The notes below the pieces were generated by a model. It was given only the letters and a program-made list of their open reading frames with translations. It was not told the DNA's origin and did no database searches. The position numbers were made by a program, and so were the translations under genes. Positions 25,208-34,111 of a stretch of 61,750 nucleotides of DNA are shown one piece after another; within the stretch, counting starts at the first letter, position 1, and each line of letters begins with the position of its first letter. Location: IMG/VR virus record IMGVR_UViG_3300043219_000435; one strand, 5' to 3'. This DNA is from a virus. Its lineage: Duplodnaviria; Heunggongvirae; Uroviricota; Caudoviricetes.

Positions 25208-25280
25208 AGCTATCGATAGGAATCGAACCTACGACCGTCTGATTACAAATCAGGTGCTCTACCTACTGAGCTACGATAGC
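25208..25280 (-). tRNA. tRNA-Thr(TGT)
   Basis: TT-TGT-AA loop. Confidence 0.92.
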
Positions 25281-25547
25281 ATATTTCTCCAACCTGACAA
25301 ATTACAATAATCATTCTAGATGATCATTCATTTTTATTTTTTTATGGAGGTGCTTGTGTGCAACTCCGGTGATTCAGAGTCGCATTTGGAGACTTTGAAT
25401 CTTAGAGAGTGATAATCACTTTAGTTTCATTATTGGCATAGCAATCGCCTAAATCAAATTGATTTTGCGTTCCATTATAATTAAATGCTATCTTTGCCAA
25501 AATGTTACCTGTTTAGCGTGTTATTCTCTTCCTTAACTATATATATA

Positions 25548-25576
25548 AGTATACATAAAAAATATGTACAAGTCAA
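25548..25576 (-). promoter_or_regulatory. sigma70-type promoter heading the main tRNA cluster
   Basis: TTGACT-17-TATACT with TG extension. Confidence 0.75.
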
Positions 25577-25647
25577 TAAAAAAGTTAATATTTTTCAAAA
25601 TAAGTTAATATTTTCTATTAACCATATATATTATATATAATATGAAC

Positions 25648-25669
25648 AAAAAAAGGGGATCAAATCCCC
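25648..25669 (-). terminator. intrinsic terminator after hsp20
   Basis: GGGGAT-TTG-ATCCCC plus U7. Confidence 0.75.
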
Positions 25670-25688
25670 TATATGTAAAAAAATCCTC

Positions 25689-26024
25689 CTATTTAATCTC
25701 GATTGATCGTTTTTTTGGAATTGCATCTTCTTTGAGCGGAAGAACAATTTCAAGTATGCCTAAGTCAAGAGAACAAGATATTTTAGTGGTATCAATTTCA
25801 GGTAGTATCTGAAATTTTTTAACGGCTTCCTCTTGTGTTGAAACTGTGATTGATAATTCATCTTTTTCTACAATGACTTGGATATTTTCTTTTTTAATTC
25901 CAGGTACTTCAGTTATAAGCTTATATAGATTGTCTTCTTTAAGAACCTCCGTATTCAATTCATATTGTGTATTGAAAAAATTAATTACTTCTTGTTCGAA
26001 TATATCGTAATGTTTTATTAACAT
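25689..26024 (-). CDS. Hsp20/alpha-crystallin small heat-shock protein
   Basis: EVPGIKKENI...ELSI...DTTKI...LDLGILEIVLP. Confidence 0.85.
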   Translation of the reverse strand: MLIKHYDIFEQEVINFFNTQYELNTEVLKEDNLYKLITEVPGIKKENIQVIVEKDELSITVSTQEEAVKKFQILPEIDTTKISCSLDLGILEIVLPLKEDAIPKKRSIEIK

Positions 26025-26156
26025 ATTTCCTCTTTGATTGTTTCTTTTAAATTATTTATTAAAAAAGCCAATTTCAGAGGGTCAATTTTGAGTCATTTTA
26101 AAACTAAAGTGTGTTTCAAAGTGAAAAAAATTGTTTGAATATGAAAAAGTTTTCTT

Positions 26157-26720
26157 TTATTCATAATCCTCCTCTTCTTCATCATCATCATCTTCATAAA
26201 TTCCGAGTTCTTTTTTTACAAGTTCTACGGTTTCATTAACATCAATATCCGGTCCATTATATTTAAAGAATGAATCGTCTTTGTTTAAGTAATGAAATAA
26301 TAGCTTATCACACCAATCACAACGAAGATTATCGTCTGGTACATCGTTTGGTGTGTTGAATCCATAAAAGTTGCCACAGGAGCAGCTAACATGGAAAAAA
26401 TAGTTTAATATGCCTGGATCATGGTCAGGGTGATTTTTTCTTGCTTTTACTCGTTCTTGTTCATCGAGTATAGCAGATTTTACATGATCTTTAAATTCGC
26501 TTTTAGACATTTTGCCGACACGTTTGCCATTAGGCAAAATGTCATTGAATCTTTCTGATCCAAGGGCAGGATTTAAGTCGTCGAATATTTGTAAGGTAAT
26601 CATAGTCATTTCCATACCGTTTAGAAATCCTAATAAATAATCTTTATTTTTAGCTACAACGGGAACCCAGTAAAATTTGCCATTTTCGTCGGTAGGTGGT
26701 ATGTAAATTGCTTTTTCCAT
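26157..26720 (-). CDS. hypothetical protein with Zn-ribbon (CSC...CDWC) and acidic tail
   Basis: ORF track. Confidence 0.65.
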   Translation of the reverse strand: MEKAIYIPPTDENGKFYWVPVVAKNKDYLLGFLNGMEMTMITLQIFDDLNPALGSERFNDILPNGKRVGKMSKSEFKDHVKSAILDEQERVKARKNHPDHDPGILNYFFHVSCSCGNFYGFNTPNDVPDDNLRCDWCDKLLFHYLNKDDSFFKYNGPDIDVNETVELVKKELGIYEDDDDEEEEDYE

Positions 26721-26732
26721 GATAAATCCATG

Positions 26733-27146
26733 TTAAATTCTAGTTCTAAATAAATCCTTTATTTTCTTGAGCTGTTCTTTAGATAATAGTTCTACATGCA
26801 TTAGAGCTTCTTTTTTACCACATTCATAATATTCTTCGATATATTTAACATGTTCCATTTTTGTATTTTTCTTACCTTTAACATAATCGAATTTTAAAAA
26901 TTGTTTTGGTAATGTTGCATGGAGATATTTGTAATGCATCTCTTTTGGCATCATGGCAAAACTATAAGTATTAATTTTTAAAAGTTGTGGATATAGTTTA
27001 AAATTCATTGATAAGATTTTATTAATAACTGTCGGTTCATAATCTTTTAAATATTCTTCTGTTATTACTTGGTTTTTTACTTTATTTGATGTCAGGTCTT
27101 TTAAATATTCAAATGGTGATTTTTTCTTTGGTTTCATTTTTTTCAT
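26733..27146 (-). CDS. 62: clamp loader small subunit (T4 gp62-like)
   Basis: SPFEYL..L...Y.P..IN..LS....MHY.YL...YY.C...EA. Confidence 0.8.
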   Translation of the reverse strand: MKKMKPKKKSPFEYLKDLTSNKVKNQVITEEYLKDYEPTVINKILSMNFKLYPQLLKINTYSFAMMPKEMHYKYLHATLPKQFLKFDYVKGKKNTKMEHVKYIEEYYECGKKEALMHVELLSKEQLKKIKDLFRTRI

Positions 27147-27147
27147 T

Positions 27148-27594
27148 TTATTCCTGTCTATCATAAGGTAGCCATTCTCCGTCTATTAATTTTCTTTTTA
27201 ATTCTAAGTGTGGTATATCTAAGAATGTATGATCTTTACTATAGAAATCGCCATCCCAATCAGCACCAAGTCTTATCTCAATACCATTAGCATAAGCGAT
27301 TCCTTTTATAAAGAAAACTATTTTTTGAAATCTCTCAAGATTTTTCCAATCAATTCCAATGCCAGGAACCCAGGGAGCGATATCAACCGCTAAGGATGGA
27401 CTAGTATTATGATTAGAATTAGGATATTTTACTTTAGATTTTCCTTGATTATAGTATCTATCTTGTTCTTCTTTATCTCTTGTACCTTGAATAATTGAAA
27501 AATCAACATATTTTATTGTAAGTTCCAAGATAAACTGTAGATCTTTATGTAAAGTTTCTTTCTCTTTTAAAGATCTTCTTCCAAACGAAGGCAT
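27148..27594 (-). CDS. endolysin, M15-family L-Ala-D-Glu peptidase (T5-like)
   Basis: LHKDLQ...DFSIIQG.R..EEQ...S.H...AVDIAP...DWD...D.PHLE. Confidence 0.88.
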   Translation of the reverse strand: MPSFGRRSLKEKETLHKDLQFILELTIKYVDFSIIQGTRDKEEQDRYYNQGKSKVKYPNSNHNTSPSLAVDIAPWVPGIGIDWKNLERFQKIVFFIKGIAYANGIEIRLGADWDGDFYSKDHTFLDIPHLELKRKLIDGEWLPYDRQE

Positions 27595-27622
27595 AGATAC
27601 CTCTCAACTAAAGTGTATATAA

Positions 27623-28501
27623 TTATTTATATAATCCTGCATTAACAATTTCAGGAATTAATACATTTGTTGTAAAACCGGCAGCACCTTTATGTCCACC
27701 ACCACCCATTTCTTTAGCCACAACAGAACTATCTACATCTACTTTAGTTGAATATAGAGAATAATGCCAAACTTTACCATCGAATTGAAAAGGCATCATG
27801 AAATCGTGTTTAGATTCATCATATACACTATCAAAAGTATTGCTACTGAATCCTGAGCCATTAAGACAGATGCAGTCATATCCTTTGAATACTATTTTAA
27901 AAGCTGCTTTTTTACATAGAGCTTCATTTTGCTGTGTTTGATATTTTAAAATGACTTTACCGGTTTGGATTAAATCATTACAATGATTATTTGAAATAAG
28001 AGCATAACCTGGAAAACTATCTACACTATTACATATTGATCTCATTCCATATTGATAAGGCAATATATAATTTTCCCAATATTTTTGATCGTCATTTCTC
28101 CAAGAATCATATTTACCTAACATTCTTATTGATTCTGGAAACCAATCATCTGTAAATAATGTTTCCCATGTAAGTTCACATGCAGCAAATTTATTATTTA
28201 ATACACTTTTAAATGGTGGTTCACCATGCACTTCTTGGTATTTCTCAAAATCTTTTATTGCTGATATATGATGATCAATCCATAACAATTCATTCTTTTT
28301 TCCAATTTCCCACATAACACTCATTGGAAAGGAAATGTCTGACATTATAATTTTCTTATTTTCAGGTATTGGAATAGGATCACCATAATTCCAACCCATC
28401 AATACAGCAGTTGGATATCTTTTTTTAATTATTGCACCGCTTGAAAAACCATCAAGATCAATACTATGATAAATTCCTAATACTTCAGTTTCCATTTTCA
28501 C
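27623..28501 (-). CDS. DHH/DHHA1 phosphoesterase
   Basis: YH..DLDG, IDHH, GGGGHKGAAGF. Confidence 0.88.
   Translation of the reverse strand: MKMETEVLGIYHSIDLDGFSSGAIIKKRYPTAVLMGWNYGDPIPIPENKKIIMSDISFPMSVMWEIGKKNELLWIDHHISAIKDFEKYQEVHGEPPFKSVLNNKFAACELTWETLFTDDWFPESIRMLGKYDSWRNDDQKYWENYILPYQYGMRSICNSVDSFPGYALISNNHCNDLIQTGKVILKYQTQQNEALCKKAAFKIVFKGYDCICLNGSGFSSNTFDSVYDESKHDFMMPFQFDGKVWHYSLYSTKVDVDSSVVAKEMGGGGHKGAAGFTTNVLIPEIVNAGLYK
27624..27631 (-). promoter_or_regulatory. T4-type late promoter TATAAATA upstream of the endolysin
   Basis: Exact gp55 box about 30 nt before ATG. Confidence 0.65.
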
Positions 28502-28503
28502 TC

Positions 28504-29295
28504 CTATGCTGACATTGTTGGTGATGAAGTTTCAGTTTGACCGAAATTCCATGCTTCACCAATATCATCTGTTTTGAATTGTTTAATACTTTTTACTGTT
28601 AATGGGAATTTAAGACCGATATCGGAATACTCTTTAAATAGCTTCTTACCGTTCGTGAACCAATCTTCAGGCATCTGGCCCTCTGATTCATGTTGAACCA
28701 ATATATCAGCTACAGACACCTTATAATCAGTTTTAAGGTGTGTATCGATACAATACGAGTTCTCATATTGATGATAACCGTCCATGTCGGATCTAAACTG
28801 AAGTGTTTTAGCTAAAGCACCTCTGACTACTAAGAAGCACCCGTCCACAACCACCATATCATCAAAATAACCGATTCTATCTGACATATGAAAGGTTGCA
28901 CCATTAATACCTTGTTGTATATGACCTCTAGCATGTTTACTCCTGTCGTTTAGCCACCATCCAAATTGTTCATTGAATTGTGTAGAACCATAGACTCCGA
29001 TTATACCTACTTCAGTTTTATAATCGAATGTGAGGCTCAGTTTAGCTTCGAATGTTTGGTCCAACAAAGTGATATCTGAATGAATAAAAGCAATCATATC
29101 TTCATCATCAAGTTTTCTTTTATTGGTCAAATAATCAATAGCATAATTATATTTGGCAAACATTGAATTGCCTTTAGTATTATCTATACAATAAGTATTT
29201 TTCAATAAATGTTTTGGTATTGATGGCTTAAGATATTTCTCATAATCTTTATCATTTTCATCAACAGTAGGAACTACAATAAACAACTTTTTCAT
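28504..29295 (-). CDS. glycosyltransferase family 2-like (GT-A)
   Basis: YN.A...FIHSD...GIIGVYG...VVVDGCFLV...YC.D. Confidence 0.75.
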   Translation of the reverse strand: MKKLFIVVPTVDENDKDYEKYLKPSIPKHLLKNTYCIDNTKGNSMFAKYNYAIDYLTNKRKLDDEDMIAFIHSDITLLDQTFEAKLSLTFDYKTEVGIIGVYGSTQFNEQFGWWLNDRSKHARGHIQQGINGATFHMSDRIGYFDDMVVVDGCFLVVRGALAKTLQFRSDMDGYHQYENSYCIDTHLKTDYKVSVADILVQHESEGQMPEDWFTNGKKLFKEYSDIGLKFPLTVKSIKQFKTDDIGEAWNFGQTETSSPTMSA

Positions 29296-29597
29296 ACTTT
29301 TGCCATATTCTCTTTTAATTCTTTAATTTGTCTATTGAAGAATAAGTTATTCTTTTCCCAGATTAATTTGTTCTTTTTATAGATCACTGTATGAGGAAGG
29401 CTGTCTACTTCGAAAGTTTCTTTTAGCCAATCAACATCAACCATTTCTCTAAGTCTAACGGTATTATAATCAGTAACCCCCCTATTAGTTAATGATTGTG
29501 TGTGCATTTTACATAAAGGACATGCATCTTCAAATACGAAAACATATGCTCCATGTAATTCACTCTTCAACGAAAATTCTTTTACCGTTAACACCAT
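29292..29597 (-). CDS. thioredoxin/glutaredoxin-like protein
   Basis: CPLC; FEVDSLPHTVIYK. Confidence 0.7.
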   Translation of the reverse strand: MVLTVKEFSLKSELHGAYVFVFEDACPLCKMHTQSLTNRGVTDYNTVRLREMVDVDWLKETFEVDSLPHTVIYKKNKLIWEKNNLFFNRQIKELKENMAKV

Positions 29598-30556
29598 TAT
29601 TTAACCATCATCATTATTTCAGCAAGTAATGCCATAAAGGTAATTTCTGGATCAATTGCTCTTGTATGTCTATCCATATATTCAGCAATTATAACAATAG
29701 CTTCACCTTGATATTTTGGTTCAAGCATTGGTACAAGTTCTTTATATAATGTTGAATATGCAGTATCGTATGAATAACTATTTTCCAGGAAATATTTTCT
29801 TGCTTTATTGATTTTTTTAGATAGAATAAGACTAATAAATTCATCATCTTTATCAGTAATAGTCAATACAGAATCATTTAATTCATCATGCATACTATTG
29901 CATTTTTGAATATTACTAATCATACGTCTAATATCAGGATAAAAATTATCAATCAATTTATTTACAATGACATCATCATGTTTAATATCTTCTTTTTTTA
30001 GAATGGTAAGTAAACGTTTTTTGATTTTAGGTTTCATTTCTTTCACATATTCAGTTTTCATCATATCGAAATTGAATAATTGTGTTCTACCATCTTTTAA
30101 ATGATCAATAATTTTATTGATATAATTTGTAGTCATGATGAATCTACAGTTTTTATGGAATTGTTCTATGAAACCTTTTAACCCATCTTGTAGAGCAGAA
30201 GATGCTCTATCAAATTCATCAAGAATTACAATCTTTTTTCTACCATCTAAAGATTTATTAACAGCAAATTTTTCTATGGTAGTTCTTAAAGTATTGATAC
30301 TATTATCAGTTGAAACATTTATGTAAAGATATCGTGCATTAATATCTTTACATATCGCTTTAGCCATTGAAGTTTTTCCAGATCCCGGATTACTGCTATA
30401 TAAAATCAGATTCGGAACGTTTTTACTTTCCACTATTTTATTAAAGAATGATTTATAAGCGGATGGTAATAAGATACTACTTACAGTAGGTGGTCGGTAT
30501 TTTTCAACCAGTAAAAAATCATTGAATTTCTTATCAGTATTTTCTATAGTCATCAT
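29597..30556 (-). CDS. 44: clamp loader large subunit (T4 gp44)
   Basis: VEKYRP, PGSGKTS, ILDEFD, CRFIMTTN, YPDIRR. Confidence 0.93.
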   Translation of the reverse strand: MMTIENTDKKFNDFLLVEKYRPPTVSSILLPSAYKSFFNKIVESKNVPNLILYSSNPGSGKTSMAKAICKDINARYLYINVSTDNSINTLRTTIEKFAVNKSLDGRKKIVILDEFDRASSALQDGLKGFIEQFHKNCRFIMTTNYINKIIDHLKDGRTQLFNFDMMKTEYVKEMKPKIKKRLLTILKKEDIKHDDVIVNKLIDNFYPDIRRMISNIQKCNSMHDELNDSVLTITDKDDEFISLILSKKINKARKYFLENSYSYDTAYSTLYKELVPMLEPKYQGEAIVIIAEYMDRHTRAIDPEITFMALLAEIMMMVK

Positions 30557-30987
30557 TTACCATTCTTTCTAAGTTGTTTTTGAGTAGCACGTCTTTTCTT
30601 TCTATTCATATGTTTCAAACTTTGAAGACTATCTGCAGACTCTCTCAATTGTCTTTCCTCTTCATTTTTTACTTTAGGATATATACAAGGACATGGAACT
30701 GGCATGTCAGTAGTTTCATGAGTAATAGAATCAACTCTCATACCCAGATATCCTCTACCACCACATCTTTTACAATTATGTTTTGGATCTAGGATTTCAA
30801 GTTTATACATATGTGCAGATCTTTTTATTCTATCAAATGGAGATTCAATTGGTGGTTTATAAGCACTGGTGAGCTTTTCATCGATAGGCTTATTACTATG
30901 GGTATCAATGAAAATCTCTTCAACGTCTGGAATATTATAATCTTGATTTTCATATTCTTGAATTATCTTTTTTTTATTTTCATTCAT
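30553..30987 (-). CDS. hypothetical protein with CxxCxG...CPC Zn finger and basic tail
   Basis: CKRCGGRGY...VPCPC. Confidence 0.65.
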   Translation of the reverse strand: MNENKKKIIQEYENQDYNIPDVEEIFIDTHSNKPIDEKLTSAYKPPIESPFDRIKRSAHMYKLEILDPKHNCKRCGGRGYLGMRVDSITHETTDMPVPCPCIYPKVKNEEERQLRESADSLQSLKHMNRKKRRATQKQLRKNGK

Positions 30988-31689
30988 TTAGACATCCTCG
31001 ATTATTTCGCCAGTATAAATCCAAAGATCTATATCATCTAATAACATTTTAACTTTCAATATTCCTGATTCAGTAATATTAAATTCATAGTTAGCTAAAG
31101 GAAGTTTGTCAAATATTTCTGTTGATAATAAGAATTCATAATCATCAAGATTGTCAATTTCATTCATGAAAATTTCTTCACACATATTCTCATTTTCTTT
31201 ACTGAATAAAACAAATTTTATTTCATTTTTTTCAAGTTTGATTTTAAGAGATTTTGCTTTGATTGAAGACTTAAGTTTGTTGATCTTTTTAAGAGCTTCA
31301 AAATCTAATTTAAATGATCCAACAGTGTCAGATTCTGGGATTGTTTCCCATTCATTTTTAATCAATTCTGCTTCTGATGTTAAATATTTGATCTTTGTTT
31401 TATCAGAAACTAAAGTAATTATATCACCATTTTGATGCATGTCACATTCATCAAGGATAGACATTAGATCATGAAAATCTGGATATTCATAAAAAGCACA
31501 TTCATCTCCTTTAAAATTGAAATGATTGACAGGTGCTTCAAGATGATACATTATAAAAGATGAGATATCGCCAGATTTAATGCTTATTTTTTCTCCATTG
31601 TCTATCTTTCTAATAATAAGTGCTTTACTTAGAGAAGATAAACTTTTAAGTATATCTAGGGTATCTTTGTTGTATTCTATTTTTTCCAT
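30988..31689 (-). CDS. 45: DNA sliding clamp (T4 gp45)
   Basis: TL.ILKSLS.L.K; position upstream of gene 44; C-terminal YI..E-like. Confidence 0.8.
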   Translation of the reverse strand: MEKIEYNKDTLDILKSLSSLSKALIIRKIDNGEKISIKSGDISSFIMYHLEAPVNHFNFKGDECAFYEYPDFHDLMSILDECDMHQNGDIITLVSDKTKIKYLTSEAELIKNEWETIPESDTVGSFKLDFEALKKINKLKSSIKAKSLKIKLEKNEIKFVLFSKENENMCEEIFMNEIDNLDDYEFLLSTEIFDKLPLANYEFNITESGILKVKMLLDDIDLWIYTGEIIEDV

Positions 31690-31861
31690 TACATAATCCT
31701 TGAGGTATCTGTTCCATCATATTTTCTTCTAATATTCTATAATATTCGGAGTTCTTTTTTAGATGTTTTTCAACACGTTTATTTTTCTGTTTTATTCTTT
31801 TATTTAAATTGAAGTACAATTCATTTTTTCTTAAATTCTTATTTACCGAAGAACTGCTCAT
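31646..31861 (-). CDS. possible small basic protein, coupled via ATGA to the upstream gene
   Basis: ATGA overlap with the stop of 31858..32166; overlaps the gp45 start. Confidence 0.35.
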   Translation of the reverse strand: MSSSSVNKNLRKNELYFNLNKRIKQKNKRVEKHLKKNSEYYRILEENMMEQIPQGLCNGKNRIQQRYPRYT

Positions 31862-32166
31862 TTGTTGTCTTTCAAATATTTTTGACAAAATTTTCTAACT
31901 ATTTCATCATCATCTCTTGATTTTAATATTGCATCAATATTATCATTTACTTCAAGACATTTTTCAATCACTTTAGTTTCAAGTAATTCATCAATGGAAT
32001 CATCAAGATATGAGCTTAACATTTCAATGATACGATCTTCTTCACTAGATATCATATCTTTCATTCTCAATTCGGCTTCAGTTATATGTTTAGTAATTCT
32101 TTGTTCACAAATAATTTCCAAATCACGGAGTCTTTTATCAAATTCATTATAACTAATACAGCTCAT
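31858..32166 (-). CDS. hypothetical protein with shared C-terminal AI..S/K...VR.FC..YLK motif
   Basis: Similar tail in 49395, 49723 and 50305 ORFs. Confidence 0.65.
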   Translation of the reverse strand: MSCISYNEFDKRLRDLEIICEQRITKHITEAELRMKDMISSEEDRIIEMLSSYLDDSIDELLETKVIEKCLEVNDNIDAILKSRDDDEIVRKFCQKYLKDNK

Positions 32167-32708
32167 TACTCAACTCGTTTTAATTTTCTTATTTTCAAAT
32201 TCATTTCATATACAGAGCCTTTATCTAAAGGCTTTGAATTGGTAAATGGCTTTGTTGAAATATTAAGTTTATTATCACAATAAAACTTGTTATCTTGATT
32301 GATAAAAGCATGAAGATGTTTGTTATTATAAAGGATATAATTGTCTTCTTTATTTTCTTTTAAACTACTATAACTGAAGTCTTTAAACACTTTAGTTCCG
32401 GTAGACCACATGTAAATATATTTAAAACATATCCTGGTAGGAAAAACAGTTTTGATGATATTGTCTTTAATATCTATTTTTTGGATATTCAGAATATAAT
32501 AAGACCCATGGAAAGCATTTTGAGATTCGTTTTTTGATGCGGATTCGAGATCTTTTTCATCAAAGACCTTAACCTTTCTAACATCTTTTACAACTCTATA
32601 CGTTAATGGGTTTATTAAATAAAGTGAATAGGCTTGTAACCCTAATGATTTATTTGATAATTGTTCGATTATAAAGTCTTTATCGAAACTTCCTATAATC
32701 TGATTCAT
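32166..32708 (-). CDS. hypothetical protein
   Basis: ORF track; downstream of a sigma70 promoter. Confidence 0.6.
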   Translation of the reverse strand: MNQIIGSFDKDFIIEQLSNKSLGLQAYSLYLINPLTYRVVKDVRKVKVFDEKDLESASKNESQNAFHGSYYILNIQKIDIKDNIIKTVFPTRICFKYIYMWSTGTKVFKDFSYSSLKENKEDNYILYNNKHLHAFINQDNKFYCDNKLNISTKPFTNSKPLDKGSVYEMNLKIRKLKRVE

Positions 32709-32746
32709 AGAACCTCAGTTAATATTTTTTATATACTCATGTATAT

Positions 32747-32775
32747 ATTATATCAATTTAAATGTAAAAAGTCAA
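32747..32775 (-). promoter_or_regulatory. sigma70-type early promoter; ACTTCAGTT just upstream of -35
   Basis: TTGACT-17-TATAAT. Confidence 0.8.
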
Positions 32776-32805
32776 TAAAATATTAACTGAAGTGACTAAA
32801 ATTTA

Positions 32806-33603
32806 TTAATAAAACTCCATTTCATGTTCAGCAACCATCGAATTTTCCAAAGTTGCAATTCTTTTTTTGAATAATTTATCAACATCTTCAGACAAATCGT
32901 GTGTTTTGAAATGTTTAAATTCTTCATTATTTTCATGGAACCATAAAATGAAGCAGCTTCCAATTTTAATATTGGTTACTTTTTCAATAATATATTTGTA
33001 ACAAGATAGTTGTAAGCTGTATTTTACCAATTCACAATTATCCAGGTGATTTAACTCAGTCAACAATTTTTGTTTTCCGAATGGCTCAGTTTTAATTTCT
33101 TTATTGGTTTTCCAATCAAACAACTGAAATTCATTATGTTTTTTATTGTAATATAACTGATCAATCATACCACAAGTTCTTGATTCTACATCTCCAACAA
33201 CTATTTCTGAAGCGATAGGTACAAGAGAATCTTTTGTTTTATCATAAAAATTATGGAATAATACTTCTAATTTATCAAGAGCGACATTCATTTTATCTTC
33301 AAGTCCAAAAGGTCTTTCAAATATTCTGTTTGCTAAATAATTTTCTGCATAAGAGTGAAATATTGTTCCTTTTTCTCTAGAGAATTTTCCATTCTTTTCC
33401 CACATACTCATTATTTCTTGTGCAGTAACACCTTTTTGTTTGGCTTTCTTTTCAGCCCAAAATTTCTTTTGAAAAGGTGGTTCGTATTCTTTAAATAAAG
33501 TTGTAACTGAAGTAGCGTCTTGGCCTTCAATTACATATTTGTGGTTTTCATCATAAAATTTTATTTTATTAAATTTATTCAATTCTTCAAGTATTTCCAT
33601 CAT
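32806..33603 (-). CDS. PD-(D/E)xK exonuclease (Cas4/RecB-like)
   Basis: SVTT, GT.FH..AE, G.IDQL, LFDWKT, Y.LQLS.Y. Confidence 0.85.
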   Translation of the reverse strand: MMEILEELNKFNKIKFYDENHKYVIEGQDATSVTTLFKEYEPPFQKKFWAEKKAKQKGVTAQEIMSMWEKNGKFSREKGTIFHSYAENYLANRIFERPFGLEDKMNVALDKLEVLFHNFYDKTKDSLVPIASEIVVGDVESRTCGMIDQLYYNKKHNEFQLFDWKTNKEIKTEPFGKQKLLTELNHLDNCELVKYSLQLSCYKYIIEKVTNIKIGSCFILWFHENNEEFKHFKTHDLSEDVDKLFKKRIATLENSMVAEHEMEFY

Positions 33604-33889
33604 GAGTTAAATTCTCCAATATACTATTAATGTATTTGTGTAAGTTGTCTTTCTTGTATAGTTCGATTTTTCTTTCTTTCTGATTCTTTACATCGATTCT
33701 ACCAAATTCGTTAAAATTATTGGTAGAATCAAAGCTTCCTATAAGTAGAGTAGAATATGATATTTCATCATATAATTTTTTATTGAACATTGGATAAATT
33801 TGATCAGTCAATTTATTATCCACTAAGTTTATTCTTATCAAAGCATTACATTCTGCTTTATATATGATTGTATCATAATTTTTATTCAT
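33587..33889 (-). CDS. hypothetical protein
   Basis: ORF track, SD AAGGA. Confidence 0.5.
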   Translation of the reverse strand: MNKNYDTIIYKAECNALIRINLVDNKLTDQIYPMFNKKLYDEISYSTLLIGSFDSTNNFNEFGRIDVKNQKERKIELYKKDNLHKYINSILENLTHDGNT

Positions 33890-34111
33890 AGTCAATCCTT
33901 TTCGGCCCAAACATTATTAAACAATATTCCATTACATATAACCATAATTTCTAGGCTCAGGTTTATGATTGAAAATAAATTTTACTACATACATCCAATA
34001 CATATCAGAATGATCTTCTGTATTAGATTTTCTTAAAATTTCCACATATTCTTTATTGGTCATATAATTATGATTCAATTCCATTCCCATATTCTACTCC
34101 ACATTTACTAC

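Noticed and set aside
12321-25242. ORF-track calls overlapping tRNAs (1500, 12321, 12458, 18230, 19192, 21970, 23494, 24822, 24961)
   Set aside because: They are shadows of RNA genes
26030-26150. CIRCE or sigma32 heat-shock control of hsp20
   Set aside because: No TTAGCACTC-N9-GAGTGCTAA and no CCCCAT -10 element
32806-33603. Cas4 implying a CRISPR-Cas locus
   Set aside because: No array or other cas genes; it is a common phage exonuclease
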